Shown here: piece by piece, positions 27,652-36,956 of the stretch
How the letters are laid out: every line of letters starts with the position of its first letter
How positions within the stretch are numbered: the first letter of the stretch is position 1
Assembly (NCBI GenBank): GCA_036490555.1
Contig: DASXDO010000006.1
Coordinates: 3,637-67,636 of the forward strand
Origin: Solirubrobacteraceae bacterium
GTDB taxonomy: Bacteria; Actinomycetota; Thermoleophilia; Solirubrobacterales; Solirubrobacteraceae
Reading direction: 5' to 3'
Length of the DNA: 64,000 nucleotides
The notes under the pieces: generated by a model
Database searches by the model: none
Seen by the model: the letters and a program-made list of their open reading frames with translations, nothing else
Told to the model about the DNA's origin: nothing
Translations under genes and position numbers: made by a program

Positions 27652-29073
27652 ATGGATCTTCATCTTGACCTCGAGAGCGCCGAAGGGCGCTCGCTGCGAG
27701 CACGCATCGAGCATGCGCTGCGCGAGGCTGTGCGCAGCGGGCGGCTGCCGCCAGGCACGCGGCTGCCCGCGACGAGGAGGCTCTGCGTAGAGCTTGGCGT
27801 CTCCAGGGGCGTCGTCGCCGAGGCGTACGCACAGCTCGCGGCAGAGGGCTACCTGCAGACGCACAGGGGCGCTGGCACGCTCGTCGCGGCGACGGGCGGG
27901 GGCCAGCCGGCGAGCGCCTCCCACGCGCCGCAGCGAGCGCAGCCGCGCCACGACCTCAACCCCTTTCGTCCCGCGCTCGCCGCGTTTCCGCGCGGCGCCT
28001 GGGCGACGGCGATCGCGCGCGTCGCAAGGAGTGCGCCAGACGAGAGCCTTGGCTACCCAGATCCCGCCGGGGTGCCAGAGCTGCGCAGCGCGCTTGCCGC
28101 CTACCTTGGCCGGGCGCGCGGCGTACGCGCGACGCCGGAGCAGATCGCGGTCGTCAGCGGCCTGCGCCAAGGCATCAGCCTCGTCTTCTCCGCGCTCGCC
28201 GCACAGGGCGCGAAGAGCATTGCGCTCGAGCAGCCTGGCTGGCATGGCCTGCACGAGACGGCCGCAGATGCGGGCCTGCGGACGGAGCGTGTGCCCGTCG
28301 ATCGCGAGGGATTACTCGTCGACGAGCTCGAGCGGCTGCACATCGACGCGGTCACAGTCATGCCTGCGCACCAGTACCCGACTGGGGCGGTGCTCTCGGC
28401 GGAGCGCAGGGCCGCTCTGATCGAGTGGGCGCAACGCCACGACGCGATCGTGATCGAGGACGACTACGACGCCGAGTATCGCTACGACCGCAGGCCGATC
28501 GGCTCGCTGCAGGGCCTTGCGCCACAGCGCGTCGTCTATGGCGGCTCGGCGAGCAAGACGCTCGCGCCAGCGCTGCGCCTTGGCTGGCTCGCGCTGCCGC
28601 AGGACCTCGCGACGCGGGTGATCGAGTTGCAGCGCGTCAGGAGCGGCATGCCTGCACCACTGCTGCAGCTCGCCTTCGCGGACCTGATCGAACGCGGCGA
28701 GCTCGACAGGCACCTGCGCAGCCAGCGCCGCCGCTACGGCAGGCAGCGCGAAGCGCTGCTTGCGGCCTTGCAGAGCGCCTTTCCGGAGGCGGCGATCCGC
28801 GGCGCCGCCGCTGGTCTCTACCTCGTGCTCGAGCTGCCCGCAGGCATCGAGGAGCGGCATGTGCTCGACGCCGCCCGGCGCCGCGGGATCGCCGTCGCAG
28901 GTCTTGGCGATAGCGAGCCTGGCCTCGTGATCGGCTACGCGAACCTGCCTGAGCCCTCCGTCGCCCCCGCGGTGCAAGCGTTGTCAGCCAGCATCGCCGA
29001 AGCGCGCGTTGGCAGCGCCTTGCGCGGTGACGCGCGGCGCCAGGACACGGCCAGGCACGACACGCGAGTCTGA
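27652..29073 (+). CDS. MocR/GabR-family GntR regulator with PLP aminotransferase domain
   Basis: LPATRRLCVELGVSRGVV wHTH; IEDDYDAEYRY, SASKTLAPALRLGW. Confidence 0.95.
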   Translation: MDLHLDLESAEGRSLRARIEHALREAVRSGRLPPGTRLPATRRLCVELGVSRGVVAEAYAQLAAEGYLQTHRGAGTLVAATGGGQPASASHAPQRAQPRHDLNPFRPALAAFPRGAWATAIARVARSAPDESLGYPDPAGVPELRSALAAYLGRARGVRATPEQIAVVSGLRQGISLVFSALAAQGAKSIALEQPGWHGLHETAADAGLRTERVPVDREGLLVDELERLHIDAVTVMPAHQYPTGAVLSAERRAALIEWAQRHDAIVIEDDYDAEYRYDRRPIGSLQGLAPQRVVYGGSASKTLAPALRLGWLALPQDLATRVIELQRVRSGMPAPLLQLAFADLIERGELDRHLRSQRRRYGRQREALLAALQSAFPEAAIRGAAAGLYLVLELPAGIEERHVLDAARRRGIAVAGLGDSEPGLVIGYANLPEPSVAPAVQALSASIAEARVGSALRGDARRQDTARHDTRV

Positions 29074-29141
29074 GCAGTTGGCAGAAATCGTCTGGTGCTG
29101 GGCATTGCGGACAGCATCCCTTGCCTGCAAGATGAAGCTCG

Positions 29142-30128
29142 ATGCCAGCTTTGACCCCCCGCAAGATCGTCATCGTCGCCTTCGCCAACGCCCAGATCCT
29201 TGACATCGCGGGCCCCAGCGAGGTCTTCGCGCTCGCTGAGCGCTTCGCCCCTGGCTCCTACTCCGTCGAGCTGCTCAGCAGCGACGGCGGCGAGATCGTC
29301 ACCTCTGGCGGGCTCACGCTGAAGGCCCACTGCGCGCTATGGGACTGCGATGGCAAGCTCGACACGCTGCTGCTCGCGGGCGGCCTTGGCGTGCGCGAGG
29401 CGCTTACCGATCGCGAGCTGCGCGACTGGCTGATCGCGACCGCGCCGCAGGCGAGGCGCGTCGCCTCGGTCTGCACCGGCGCCTTCCTGCTCGCTGAGGC
29501 GGGCCTGCTCAATGGCCGCAGGGCGACCACGCACTGGTCCGCCTGCCAGCTGCTCGCCAGGCGCTACCCAGCGATCGCCGTCGACCCTGACCCGATCTTC
29601 GTGCGCGACGGCAACGTGCTCACCTCGGCGGGAGTCACTGCGGGCATCGACCTTGCGCTTGCGCTTGTCGAGGAGGACCTTGGCCATGAGGCAGCGCTGC
29701 GAGTCGCCAGGGAGCTCGTGCTGTTCGTGCGCCGGCCTGGCGGCCAGGCCCAGTTCTCCGCGAGCCTTGCTGGACAGGCTGCAGACATCAAGCCCCTACG
29801 TGAGCTGCAAGCGTGGATCGGCGAGCACCTCGACGAGGACCTCACAGTCGAAGCGCTTGCCGAGCGAGTCTTCATGAGCCCACGCAACTTCGCAAGGGTC
29901 TTCAGGGCTCAGACAGGCCTCACGCCCGCCCGCTACGTCGAGTCGCTGCGCGTCGAGCGCGCAAGGGCGCTGCTCGAGCAGGGCCAGCGCCCGATCGAGG
30001 AGGTCGCCACCGCATGCGGCTTTGGCACCGTCGAGACGCTCAGGCGCGCCTTCGCGCGCCGCCTTGGCGTCGCCCCCAGCGAGTACAGGCAGAGATTCAG
30101 GACAACGAGGCAAGGAGCCAGGAGATGA
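29142..30128 (+). CDS. GlxA-family AraC regulator (DJ-1 + AraC)
   Basis: SVCTGAF, ATTHW, TSAGVTAGID, RRPGGQAQFS, C-terminal AraC HTH. Confidence 0.93.
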   Translation: MPALTPRKIVIVAFANAQILDIAGPSEVFALAERFAPGSYSVELLSSDGGEIVTSGGLTLKAHCALWDCDGKLDTLLLAGGLGVREALTDRELRDWLIATAPQARRVASVCTGAFLLAEAGLLNGRRATTHWSACQLLARRYPAIAVDPDPIFVRDGNVLTSAGVTAGIDLALALVEEDLGHEAALRVARELVLFVRRPGGQAQFSASLAGQAADIKPLRELQAWIGEHLDEDLTVEALAERVFMSPRNFARVFRAQTGLTPARYVESLRVERARALLEQGQRPIEEVATACGFGTVETLRRAFARRLGVAPSEYRQRFRTTRQGARR

Positions 30129-30745
30129 AGATCGCGATCCCGCTGTTCGACCGCTTCACCGCGCTTGACGCGGTCGGCCCTTACGAGGTGCTCTCGCGCC
30201 TGCCTGGCGCTGAGGTCGTGTTCGTCGCCACCCAGCCTGGTCCCATCCAGGCCGATACGCGCATGCTCGGGCTGAGCGCCAAGGCATCCTTCGACGAGCT
30301 CACGCAGCCAGACGTGCTCGTCGTCCCTGGCGGGCGTGGCACGCGGCCGCTGATGCAGGACGAGCAGATGCTGACCTGGCTACGAAACGCACACGAGACG
30401 ACGACCTGGACCACGTCGGTCTGCACCGGCTCGCTGCTGCTCGCGGCTGCGGGGCTGCTCGACGGCATCGAGGCGACTACACACTGGCTCGAGCTGGAGA
30501 CGCTCGCGCGCTACGGCGCGAAGCCTGTCTCAAAGCGCGTCGTGCGCGTCGGCAAGATCTTCACCGCCGCGGGCGTCTCCGCGGGCATCGACATGGCGCT
30601 CACGCTCGCAGCCGAGATCGCGAGCCCAGAAGTCGCCCAGGCGATCCAGCTTGGGATCGAGTACGACCCGCAGCCTCCGTTCGACTGCGGCTCGCCAGCG
30701 AAGGCCCCACAGGAGCTCGTCAAGCTCGTCAGCGGACGCGCCTGA
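30125..30745 (+). CDS. DJ-1/PfpI family protein (isonitrile hydratase-like)
   Basis: GGAG RBS, ATGA overlap; ALDAVGPYEVL, SVCTGSL, IEYDPQPPF. Confidence 0.92.
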   Translation: MKIAIPLFDRFTALDAVGPYEVLSRLPGAEVVFVATQPGPIQADTRMLGLSAKASFDELTQPDVLVVPGGRGTRPLMQDEQMLTWLRNAHETTTWTTSVCTGSLLLAAAGLLDGIEATTHWLELETLARYGAKPVSKRVVRVGKIFTAAGVSAGIDMALTLAAEIASPEVAQAIQLGIEYDPQPPFDCGSPAKAPQELVKLVSGRA

Positions 30746-30758
30746 GCAGGGTGGGGAC

Positions 30759-30878
30759 CCGACCGGCGCATGCGCCGGTCGGCCGGGCCGAACATGTTCG
30801 GCCCGGTGGGGGCGCGCATGCGCGCCCCCAGGCAGGTCCGCATGCGGACCTGCCCACCTCGCCGCATGCGGCGAGGTG
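30759..30878. repeat. Array of five contiguous, distinct, perfect 24-bp palindromes centred on CATG
   Basis: Units start at 30759, 30783, 30807, 30831 and 30855; each checked base by base as its own reverse complement. Confidence 0.97.
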
Positions 30879-30915
30879 AACCAACCCCGCCTCTGTCGCA
30901 CGTATCTTTCTCGGC

Positions 30916-32706
30916 ATGCGACGGCCGCCACGGCGCGCTGGCAAGCACTCCGACGAGGGCCATGAGCTTGGTCTCGCCGGCGGGCTGGCCGCGCTGAGCC
31001 TCGACGCCCTCTCGAGCGTCGCCTATGGGCCTGAAGCGATGGTGCTCGTGCTCGTCGCCGCAGGCACAGGCGCGCTGCGCTTCAGCGTCCCGCTCACGCT
31101 CGTGATCGCAGGCATGCTCGCGCTGCTCGTCGTCTCCTACTCCCAGCTGATCGCCGCCTACCCTGAAGGCGGCGGCGCCTATGCGGTCGCAAAGGCGAAC
31201 CTTGGGCGAATCCCAAGCCTGCTCGCGGCCGCAGCGCTCGTCGTCGACTACGTGCTGACGGTCGCCGTGAGCCTCGCCGCCGGCGCGGCAAGCCTGGGCA
31301 GCGTCTTCCCCTCGCTGTCGCACCACCTGCTGCTCGTCTGCCTGATCGGGCTTGCCCTGCTCACTGCCGTGAACATGTTCGGGATAGCGGAGTCCGCGCG
31401 ACTCTTGATGCTTCCAGCGGCGGTATTCGTCGTGAGCATGCTGACGGTGATCGTGCTTGGCGCCTTCCATGGGCACCCTGTCGCGCGCATCGGCACGCAC
31501 ATGCCAGTGCAGCCGACGGAGGCGCTTGGCATCGTGCTCGTGCTGAAGGCGTTCGCCTCCGGATGCTCAGCGGTAACGGGGGTCGAGGCGATCGCAAACG
31601 GCACGCCTGCGTTCAAGGAGCCGCGCGTGAAGACCGCCCAGCGCACCGAGCTCACGCTTGGCGCGCTGCTTGCGACGATGCTGATCGGGCTCGCAGTCCT
31701 GATTCACGTGCACCACGTGCTGCCACGCGGCGGCGTGACGATTCTCGCCCAGGTGAGCGCAGGCGCGTTTGGCACAGGCTTGCCCTTCTACGTGACGAAC
31801 CTCGCGGTGACAGCCGTGCTCGGCCTTGCGGCGAACACGAGCTTCGGCGGGCTGCCTGTCCTGATGAGCCTGCTCGCGCGCGACAACCGCCTGCCGCACC
31901 TCTTCTACCTGCGCGCGAAGCGGCCTGTCTACCGGATCGGCATCGTCGCGCTCGCACTTGCCGCGGCCTTGCTGCTATTCGCGACGAGCGCCATGACCTC
32001 GCGCCTGATCCCGCTCTTCACGATCGGCGTGTTCGTCGGCTTCACCGTGAGCCAGGCCGGTCTCGTGAAGCACTGGCTGAGACGCCGCCCGTCCCGCTGG
32101 CGGCTGCGGGTCGCGCTCAACGGCGTCGGCGCGACGATGACCGCGATCGCCGTCGTCGTCTTCCTTGGCACGAAGTTCCTCGAGGGCGCCTGGGTCGTGA
32201 CGATCGCGATCCCGCTCTTGATGGTGCTCTTCGCCCGGATCGAGGGCTACTACGAGCATGTCGCCCACGAGCTGAGGCTGGACAGGACCCCAGCGCAGCC
32301 ACGCAAGCGCGAGAGCATCGTGATCGTGCCAAGCGCAAGCGTGAACCTGCTGACCGAGCGCGCCGTGAGCACCGCGCTCTCGCTTGGTAACACGGTGATC
32401 GGGCTCGCGGTGGCGGGCAGCGTGGAGGAAGGTGAGAAGGTCAAGCGCGAATGGCATGAATGGCGCTGCAACGTGCCAATCGAGGTCCTGATCAGCCCCG
32501 ACCGCTCAGTCGTGAGCTCAGTGCTGCGCTACATCGAGTCGATCGAAGACAGAGAGGCGACGATCACCGTCCTGATCCCTGAGATCCTGCCAAGCAAGCG
32601 CCGCCACGAGATCCTCCACAACCAGCGTGGCAGGCTCTTGGAGGCCGTGTTGAAGGCAAGGACAGACGTCGTGATCGCGACCCTGCCTTTTCACATTCAC
32701 GACTAG
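30916..32706 (+). CDS. APC-superfamily permease, KimA/YdaO-like (putative K+/H+ symporter)
   Basis: LSLDALSSVAYGPEA, YPEGGGAY, VDYVLTVAVS, TGVEAIANG, LHNQRG; TATCTT 7 nt before the ATG suggests a leaderless mRNA. Confidence 0.88.
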   Translation: MRRPPRRAGKHSDEGHELGLAGGLAALSLDALSSVAYGPEAMVLVLVAAGTGALRFSVPLTLVIAGMLALLVVSYSQLIAAYPEGGGAYAVAKANLGRIPSLLAAAALVVDYVLTVAVSLAAGAASLGSVFPSLSHHLLLVCLIGLALLTAVNMFGIAESARLLMLPAAVFVVSMLTVIVLGAFHGHPVARIGTHMPVQPTEALGIVLVLKAFASGCSAVTGVEAIANGTPAFKEPRVKTAQRTELTLGALLATMLIGLAVLIHVHHVLPRGGVTILAQVSAGAFGTGLPFYVTNLAVTAVLGLAANTSFGGLPVLMSLLARDNRLPHLFYLRAKRPVYRIGIVALALAAALLLFATSAMTSRLIPLFTIGVFVGFTVSQAGLVKHWLRRRPSRWRLRVALNGVGATMTAIAVVVFLGTKFLEGAWVVTIAIPLLMVLFARIEGYYEHVAHELRLDRTPAQPRKRESIVIVPSASVNLLTERAVSTALSLGNTVIGLAVAGSVEEGEKVKREWHEWRCNVPIEVLISPDRSVVSSVLRYIESIEDREATITVLIPEILPSKRRHEILHNQRGRLLEAVLKARTDVVIATLPFHIHD

Positions 32707-33425
32707 GCCGCAGCGGGTGCGCGCGCAGCGCCCCAAAGGTCGTGCGCCGCTTCGCGCACGAGCTGCGCAAGCTCCTCTGCTGGCACGTCACCGAAGGCGT
32801 CGCCTGCGCCCATCAGCGCGCCGATCACGACCGCGATTGTGCAGGCCATGCGCACGCGCTGCGGCAGCGGGATTGAGGGGCTTGCGAAGAGCCGCCGCAT
32901 CTGCTGCTCGAAGTCCTCGTTCTCCTGCTGGTGGCGCTCGTTGTACTCGAGGCGCTCGAAGGCATTGCGGTTGCGCTGGTGCAGCAGGAAGAGGTCGCCG
33001 TTCTCGATCATCTTGTCGATCAGCTCGTCGATCAGGTGCGGCCAGGCGGCCATCAGCTGCTGGGTGTCCTCAAGCCTGCCGATTTCGTCGAGCACGCCAC
33101 GGCCAAGCGCATGTAGACGCAGGTGCAGCTCGAGCAGGATGTCTTCCTTGCGCTCGAAGTGGTAGTAGAGCGCGGCCTTCGTCGTCCCCAGCCGTTCGGC
33201 GATCTCGCGCAGGGATGTCTTGTCGTAGCCTTGTTCGTTGAAGAGATGCAGCGCGATGTCGAGGATGCGCTCCTTCGTCGAGCCCTCCGTCGCGGTGCGC
33301 CCGTTGGCCAGGTGCTCCTTCTTCGGGCGCTCTGATCGATCGCGGGCCGCGCGCCCACTTGCCTTGTTCCCGCGTGCCGTGTTCCCGTGCCCGCCGGGCG
33401 TGCTTGGTTTGCCCCACTGCTCCAT
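32703..33425 (-). CDS. TetR-family regulator
   Basis: TSLREIAERLGTTKAALYYHF. Confidence 0.92.
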   Translation of the reverse strand: MEQWGKPSTPGGHGNTARGNKASGRAARDRSERPKKEHLANGRTATEGSTKERILDIALHLFNEQGYDKTSLREIAERLGTTKAALYYHFERKEDILLELHLRLHALGRGVLDEIGRLEDTQQLMAAWPHLIDELIDKMIENGDLFLLHQRNRNAFERLEYNERHQQENEDFEQQMRRLFASPSIPLPQRVRMACTIAVVIGALMGAGDAFGDVPAEELAQLVREAAHDLWGAARAPAAA

Positions 33426-33456
33426 GAGCCTCAGTCTACCCGATCTCAGAGACTTA

Positions 33457-33518
33457 CTTGACGACCGGTAAGGAGATCTGTATGGTGCCCGTCAGTTCCT
33501 AGCTTGCCGACCGGTAAG
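33457..33518 (+). promoter_or_regulatory. Promoter TTGACG-N17-TATGGT with two TetR-type operators
   Basis: CTTGACGACCGGTAAG (33457-33472) and CTTGCCGACCGGTAAG (33503-33518), imperfect palindromes; the first overlaps the -35. Confidence 0.7.
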
Positions 33519-33553
33519 TGAACAATATCGACGACAGAGAAACGGATCAAGCG

Positions 33554-34639
33554 ATGACTGACGATTCGATGATCGAGGCGACAGGCCTCAGAAAGGCGTT
33601 CGGGCAAACGGTCGCGCTCGATGACGTCGACCTCGTCGCGGCCGCAGGCACGATCCTTGGCGTGCTCGGCCCCAACGGCGCTGGCAAGACGACCGCGGTG
33701 CGGATCCTGACGACGCTCGCCAAGCCAGACGCCGGCTCAGCGCGCGTCGCGGGCCATGACGTCGTCCGCGAAGCGGACGCGGTACAGCGCAACATCGGCG
33801 TCGCCGCCCAGGACGCGACGCTCGACGAAGTCCTCACAGGGCGCCAGAACCTCGTGATGATCGGCCGCCTCAGCGGCCTGCCACGCCGCGCCGCGAAGGC
33901 GAGAGCAGACGAGCTGCTCGAGCGTTTCGCGCTTGCGGACGCCGCCGAGCGCATGCTGAAGGAGTACTCAGGCGGGATGCGCCGCCGGCTCGACCTCGCG
34001 GCGGGGATCGTGACGCGACCGCCCGTGCTGTTCCTCGACGAGCCGACGACTGGCCTTGACCCGACGAGCAGGGTGCGCATGTGGGACGTGATCAGGGAGC
34101 TCGTCGGCGACGGTGTGACGCTGCTGCTGACGACCCAGTATCTCGACGAGGCGGATGAGCTCGCCGACCAGATCGCCGTAATCGACCATGGCAGGGTGAT
34201 CGCGGACGGCACACCCCACGAGCTGAAGGCCCAGATCGGCGGCGCCCAGCTCGAGGTGACGCTGAGCGTCGCCGACCCAGCGGCCGCGATTGCACTGGAG
34301 CCGCTGCTTACAGGTCCCGTCCAGGCAAGCGACGACGGGCGCAGGCTGCGCGCGCCGGTGCAGAGCACAGGCGGGCTCGCGAGCAGAGTCGTGCGTTTAC
34401 TCGACTCCGCGGAGATCGCCGTCGACGACGTCGAGGTCCGCCAGCCCTCGCTCGACGACGTCTTCTTCGCGTTGACAGGGCATCCGAGCGAGCAGGCGGG
34501 CGACCAAAGCGCGAATCGCGATGGCCGCCCGAGCGAGCAGGTCTCAATGACAGACGACGGCGCAAACGATCGGGAGATCGATGACAGGCACAACCAGCTG
34601 GCCGATCTCGATGACGAACTGGAGGCAGTGAGCCGATGA
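33554..34639 (+). CDS. DrrA-like ABC exporter ATP-binding protein
   Basis: GPNGAGKT, YSGGMRRRLD, FLDEPTTGLD; alternative GTG start at 33518. Confidence 0.95.
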   Translation: MTDDSMIEATGLRKAFGQTVALDDVDLVAAAGTILGVLGPNGAGKTTAVRILTTLAKPDAGSARVAGHDVVREADAVQRNIGVAAQDATLDEVLTGRQNLVMIGRLSGLPRRAAKARADELLERFALADAAERMLKEYSGGMRRRLDLAAGIVTRPPVLFLDEPTTGLDPTSRVRMWDVIRELVGDGVTLLLTTQYLDEADELADQIAVIDHGRVIADGTPHELKAQIGGAQLEVTLSVADPAAAIALEPLLTGPVQASDDGRRLRAPVQSTGGLASRVVRLLDSAEIAVDDVEVRQPSLDDVFFALTGHPSEQAGDQSANRDGRPSEQVSMTDDGANDREIDDRHNQLADLDDELEAVSR

Positions 34640-35493
34640 GCACGACGACCCTCAACCCAGCCGCCCGCCTCGCGGGCACGCCAAGGACACTGGAGGGCCC
34701 CGCCGCGCGCATGCGCGACGTCGCCGTCCTCACCTGGCGCAACCTCGCGCACATCGCGCGCGAGCCGCTGCGCCTCTCAGACGTGACGATCCAACCCGTC
34801 CTCTTCACGCTGCTGTTCGTCTACGTGCTCGGCTCAGGTGTCGCCCTGCCAGGTGGCGGCGGCTACACCGACTTCGCGCTCGCAGGCCTGCTCGCGCTCA
34901 ACCTCACGACCTCGGCGATCGGCACAGCAGTCGGCCTCAGCGACGACCTGCGCGGCGGCGTGATCGACCGCTTCAGGACGCTGCCGATGTGGCGCCCCGC
35001 CGTGCTCGTTGGGCGCTCGCTCACAGATCTGCTGACGGCGATGCTCTGCACATTGATCGTCGCCCTAACAGGCCTTGTCGTCGGCTGGGATCCTTCGGCG
35101 AGCTTCGGCTCGATAGTCGCAGGCTTCGCGATCTTCCTGTTCTTCAGCTATGCCCTCTCCTGGGGCTGCGCCTGCCTTGGGATCGTGAGCAAAGACGCGG
35201 AGTCCGCCCAGAGCGTTGGCCTCGTCGTGCTCTTCCCGCTCGCGATCGTCTCCAACGCACTTGTCCCGACCGAGCACATGCCATCGGTGATCGCAGCGAT
35301 CGCGAACTGGAATCCTGTGAGCACGGTGACGGCCGCCGCACGCGAGCTGTTCGGCAACCCCAACCCAAGCGCGGCGATCCACGCCTGGCCGATGCAGCAC
35401 CCAGTGCTCGCCTCGCTGATCTGGTGCGCAATCCTGCTCGCGGTCTTCGCGCCGTTGGCAAGCCACCTGTACAGGCGCAGCACGACCGACTGA
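34636..35493 (+). CDS. DrrB-like ABC-2 permease
   Basis: IQPVLFTLLF, DRFRTLPM, WNPVS; ATGA overlap. Confidence 0.93.
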   Translation: MSTTTLNPAARLAGTPRTLEGPAARMRDVAVLTWRNLAHIAREPLRLSDVTIQPVLFTLLFVYVLGSGVALPGGGGYTDFALAGLLALNLTTSAIGTAVGLSDDLRGGVIDRFRTLPMWRPAVLVGRSLTDLLTAMLCTLIVALTGLVVGWDPSASFGSIVAGFAIFLFFSYALSWGCACLGIVSKDAESAQSVGLVVLFPLAIVSNALVPTEHMPSVIAAIANWNPVSTVTAAARELFGNPNPSAAIHAWPMQHPVLASLIWCAILLAVFAPLASHLYRRSTTD

Positions 35494-35547
35494 GGCACGA
35501 CTGGCCGAGGTGACAAGTGGCGCTGGGAGCTGCGAACCTGGGGGCAT

Positions 35548-36021
35548 ATGACCGAGGCCGCTGCTTCCGGCGTCCGTGTCGCAGATTCGACCGACGTCAA
35601 GTCGATTGGCCGCCTGCTGCACGACTTCAACACCGAGTACGACGATCCGACGCCTGGCCCTGAACGGCTCGCACAGCGCGTCGCGGAGCTGCTTGACGAA
35701 GGCCAGACGGCGGTGCTGCTCGCCGGCTCTGGCCCCGACGGACTCGCGCTGCTGCGCTTCCGCCCTGCGCTCTGGTCAGAGGGCCTGGAGTGCTATCTCG
35801 CCGAGCTCTACGTCGTGCCAGCACTGCGAGGCGAGGGCATCGGCCGGGCGTTGATGAACGCCGCGATCGCTTTCGCGCGCAAGCGCGGCGCCGAACACAT
35901 GGACCTCGGCACCGGCGAGCAGGACGCCGCGGCGCGGGCTCTGTATGAGAGCCTGGGCTTCAGCAATCGCGAAGGCAAGCCAGACGGGCCGCTGAACTAC
36001 TTCTATGAGCGGGAGCTGTGA
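35548..36021 (+). CDS. GNAT acetyltransferase
   Basis: LYVVPALRGEGIGRAL, ARALYESLGF. Confidence 0.92.
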   Translation: MTEAAASGVRVADSTDVKSIGRLLHDFNTEYDDPTPGPERLAQRVAELLDEGQTAVLLAGSGPDGLALLRFRPALWSEGLECYLAELYVVPALRGEGIGRALMNAAIAFARKRGAEHMDLGTGEQDAAARALYESLGFSNREGKPDGPLNYFYEREL

Positions 36022-36065
36022 CTTCGGGCGGGAGCTATGACTCCGAGCGGGAGCTGTGACTTCGG
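36009..36065. repeat. 19-bp tandem repeat x3 overlapping the GNAT stop codon
   Basis: gcgggagctgtgacttcgg / gcgggagctatgactccga / gcgggagctgtgacttcgg. Confidence 0.9.
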
Positions 36066-36085
36066 CGCCGCTTAGAGTGTGAGTC

Positions 36086-36934
36086 GTGCCGATCGATCTG
36101 CAAGCGGCCGAGAGCTTCCTCTGGCGCAATGCGCGCCTGCTGGATCGCCATCGCTACGCCCTGCTGTTCGGTGACGGCGCCGCCGAGCAGGTGATCGAGG
36201 CGCTGCGTGGCTACCGCAACGACGACGGTGGCTTCGGACATGCGCTGGATCCTGACCTGCGTTGCCCCGCAAGCCAGCCGCCACCGACGCTCTATGCCCT
36301 CGAGACCCTCATCGAGGTCGGTGCCGCAGACGGCGAGCTCGCCCGCGGCGCGCGTGCCTGGATTGCCTCGATCGCCGAAGCGGATGGCGGCATCCCGTTC
36401 GTGACGCCAGGCCTCGCGGGCTATCCGCACGCGCCCTGGTTCACGCCGCAGCCAGGATCCTTTCTCACCTTCGCCTTCGCCGCGGTGCTTCACGCCGGCG
36501 GCGTGACAGACGCGTGGCTCACCCAGGCGACCGCCTGGTGCTGGCGGGCGATCGAGACGAGCGAGCAGCCAGGCGGATATTGGCTGAAGTACGCCTGTGC
36601 CTTCCTCGATGCGACGCCAGATCGTGAGCGCGCCAAGGCGGGCGTCGCCTCGCTTGCCAAGCGCGTGGACCCTGCCGCCGTTGCACCTGTCGGCGGCGTC
36701 GAGGGCGAGACATTGCGCCCGCTCGACCTCTCGCCGAAGCCGGAAGGCCGTTCGCGCCGCCTTGTCGACCAGAACGCGATCGAGGCGCACCTCGACGCCG
36801 TCGAAGTCGCACAGCAGGACGATGGCGGCTGGATGTTCGACTGGCTCTCCTGGTCTCCAGCGCAGACGAGCGAATGGCGCGGCAACGTGACGATCCGCGC
36901 GCTCACCTGGTTGCGCGACAACGGCCGCCTCTGA
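36086..36934 (+). CDS. Conserved hypothetical protein with prenyltransferase/squalene-cyclase-like repeats
   Basis: YRNDDGGFGHALDPD and QQDDGGW motifs. Confidence 0.75.
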   Translation: MPIDLQAAESFLWRNARLLDRHRYALLFGDGAAEQVIEALRGYRNDDGGFGHALDPDLRCPASQPPPTLYALETLIEVGAADGELARGARAWIASIAEADGGIPFVTPGLAGYPHAPWFTPQPGSFLTFAFAAVLHAGGVTDAWLTQATAWCWRAIETSEQPGGYWLKYACAFLDATPDRERAKAGVASLAKRVDPAAVAPVGGVEGETLRPLDLSPKPEGRSRRLVDQNAIEAHLDAVEVAQQDDGGWMFDWLSWSPAQTSEWRGNVTIRALTWLRDNGRL

Positions 36935-36956
36935 GCACGGATCCGAGGCGAGTCTC

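Noticed and set aside
30759..30878. CRISPR array or c-di-AMP (ydaO) riboswitch interpretation of the palindrome array
   Set aside because: No constant repeat with spacers, no cas genes in the window, and none of the ydaO consensus segments are recognisable
30770..30997. 75-aa ORF with Met every 8 residues
   Set aside because: By-product of the 24-bp CATG periodicity; an equivalent ORF arises on the opposite strand; no RBS
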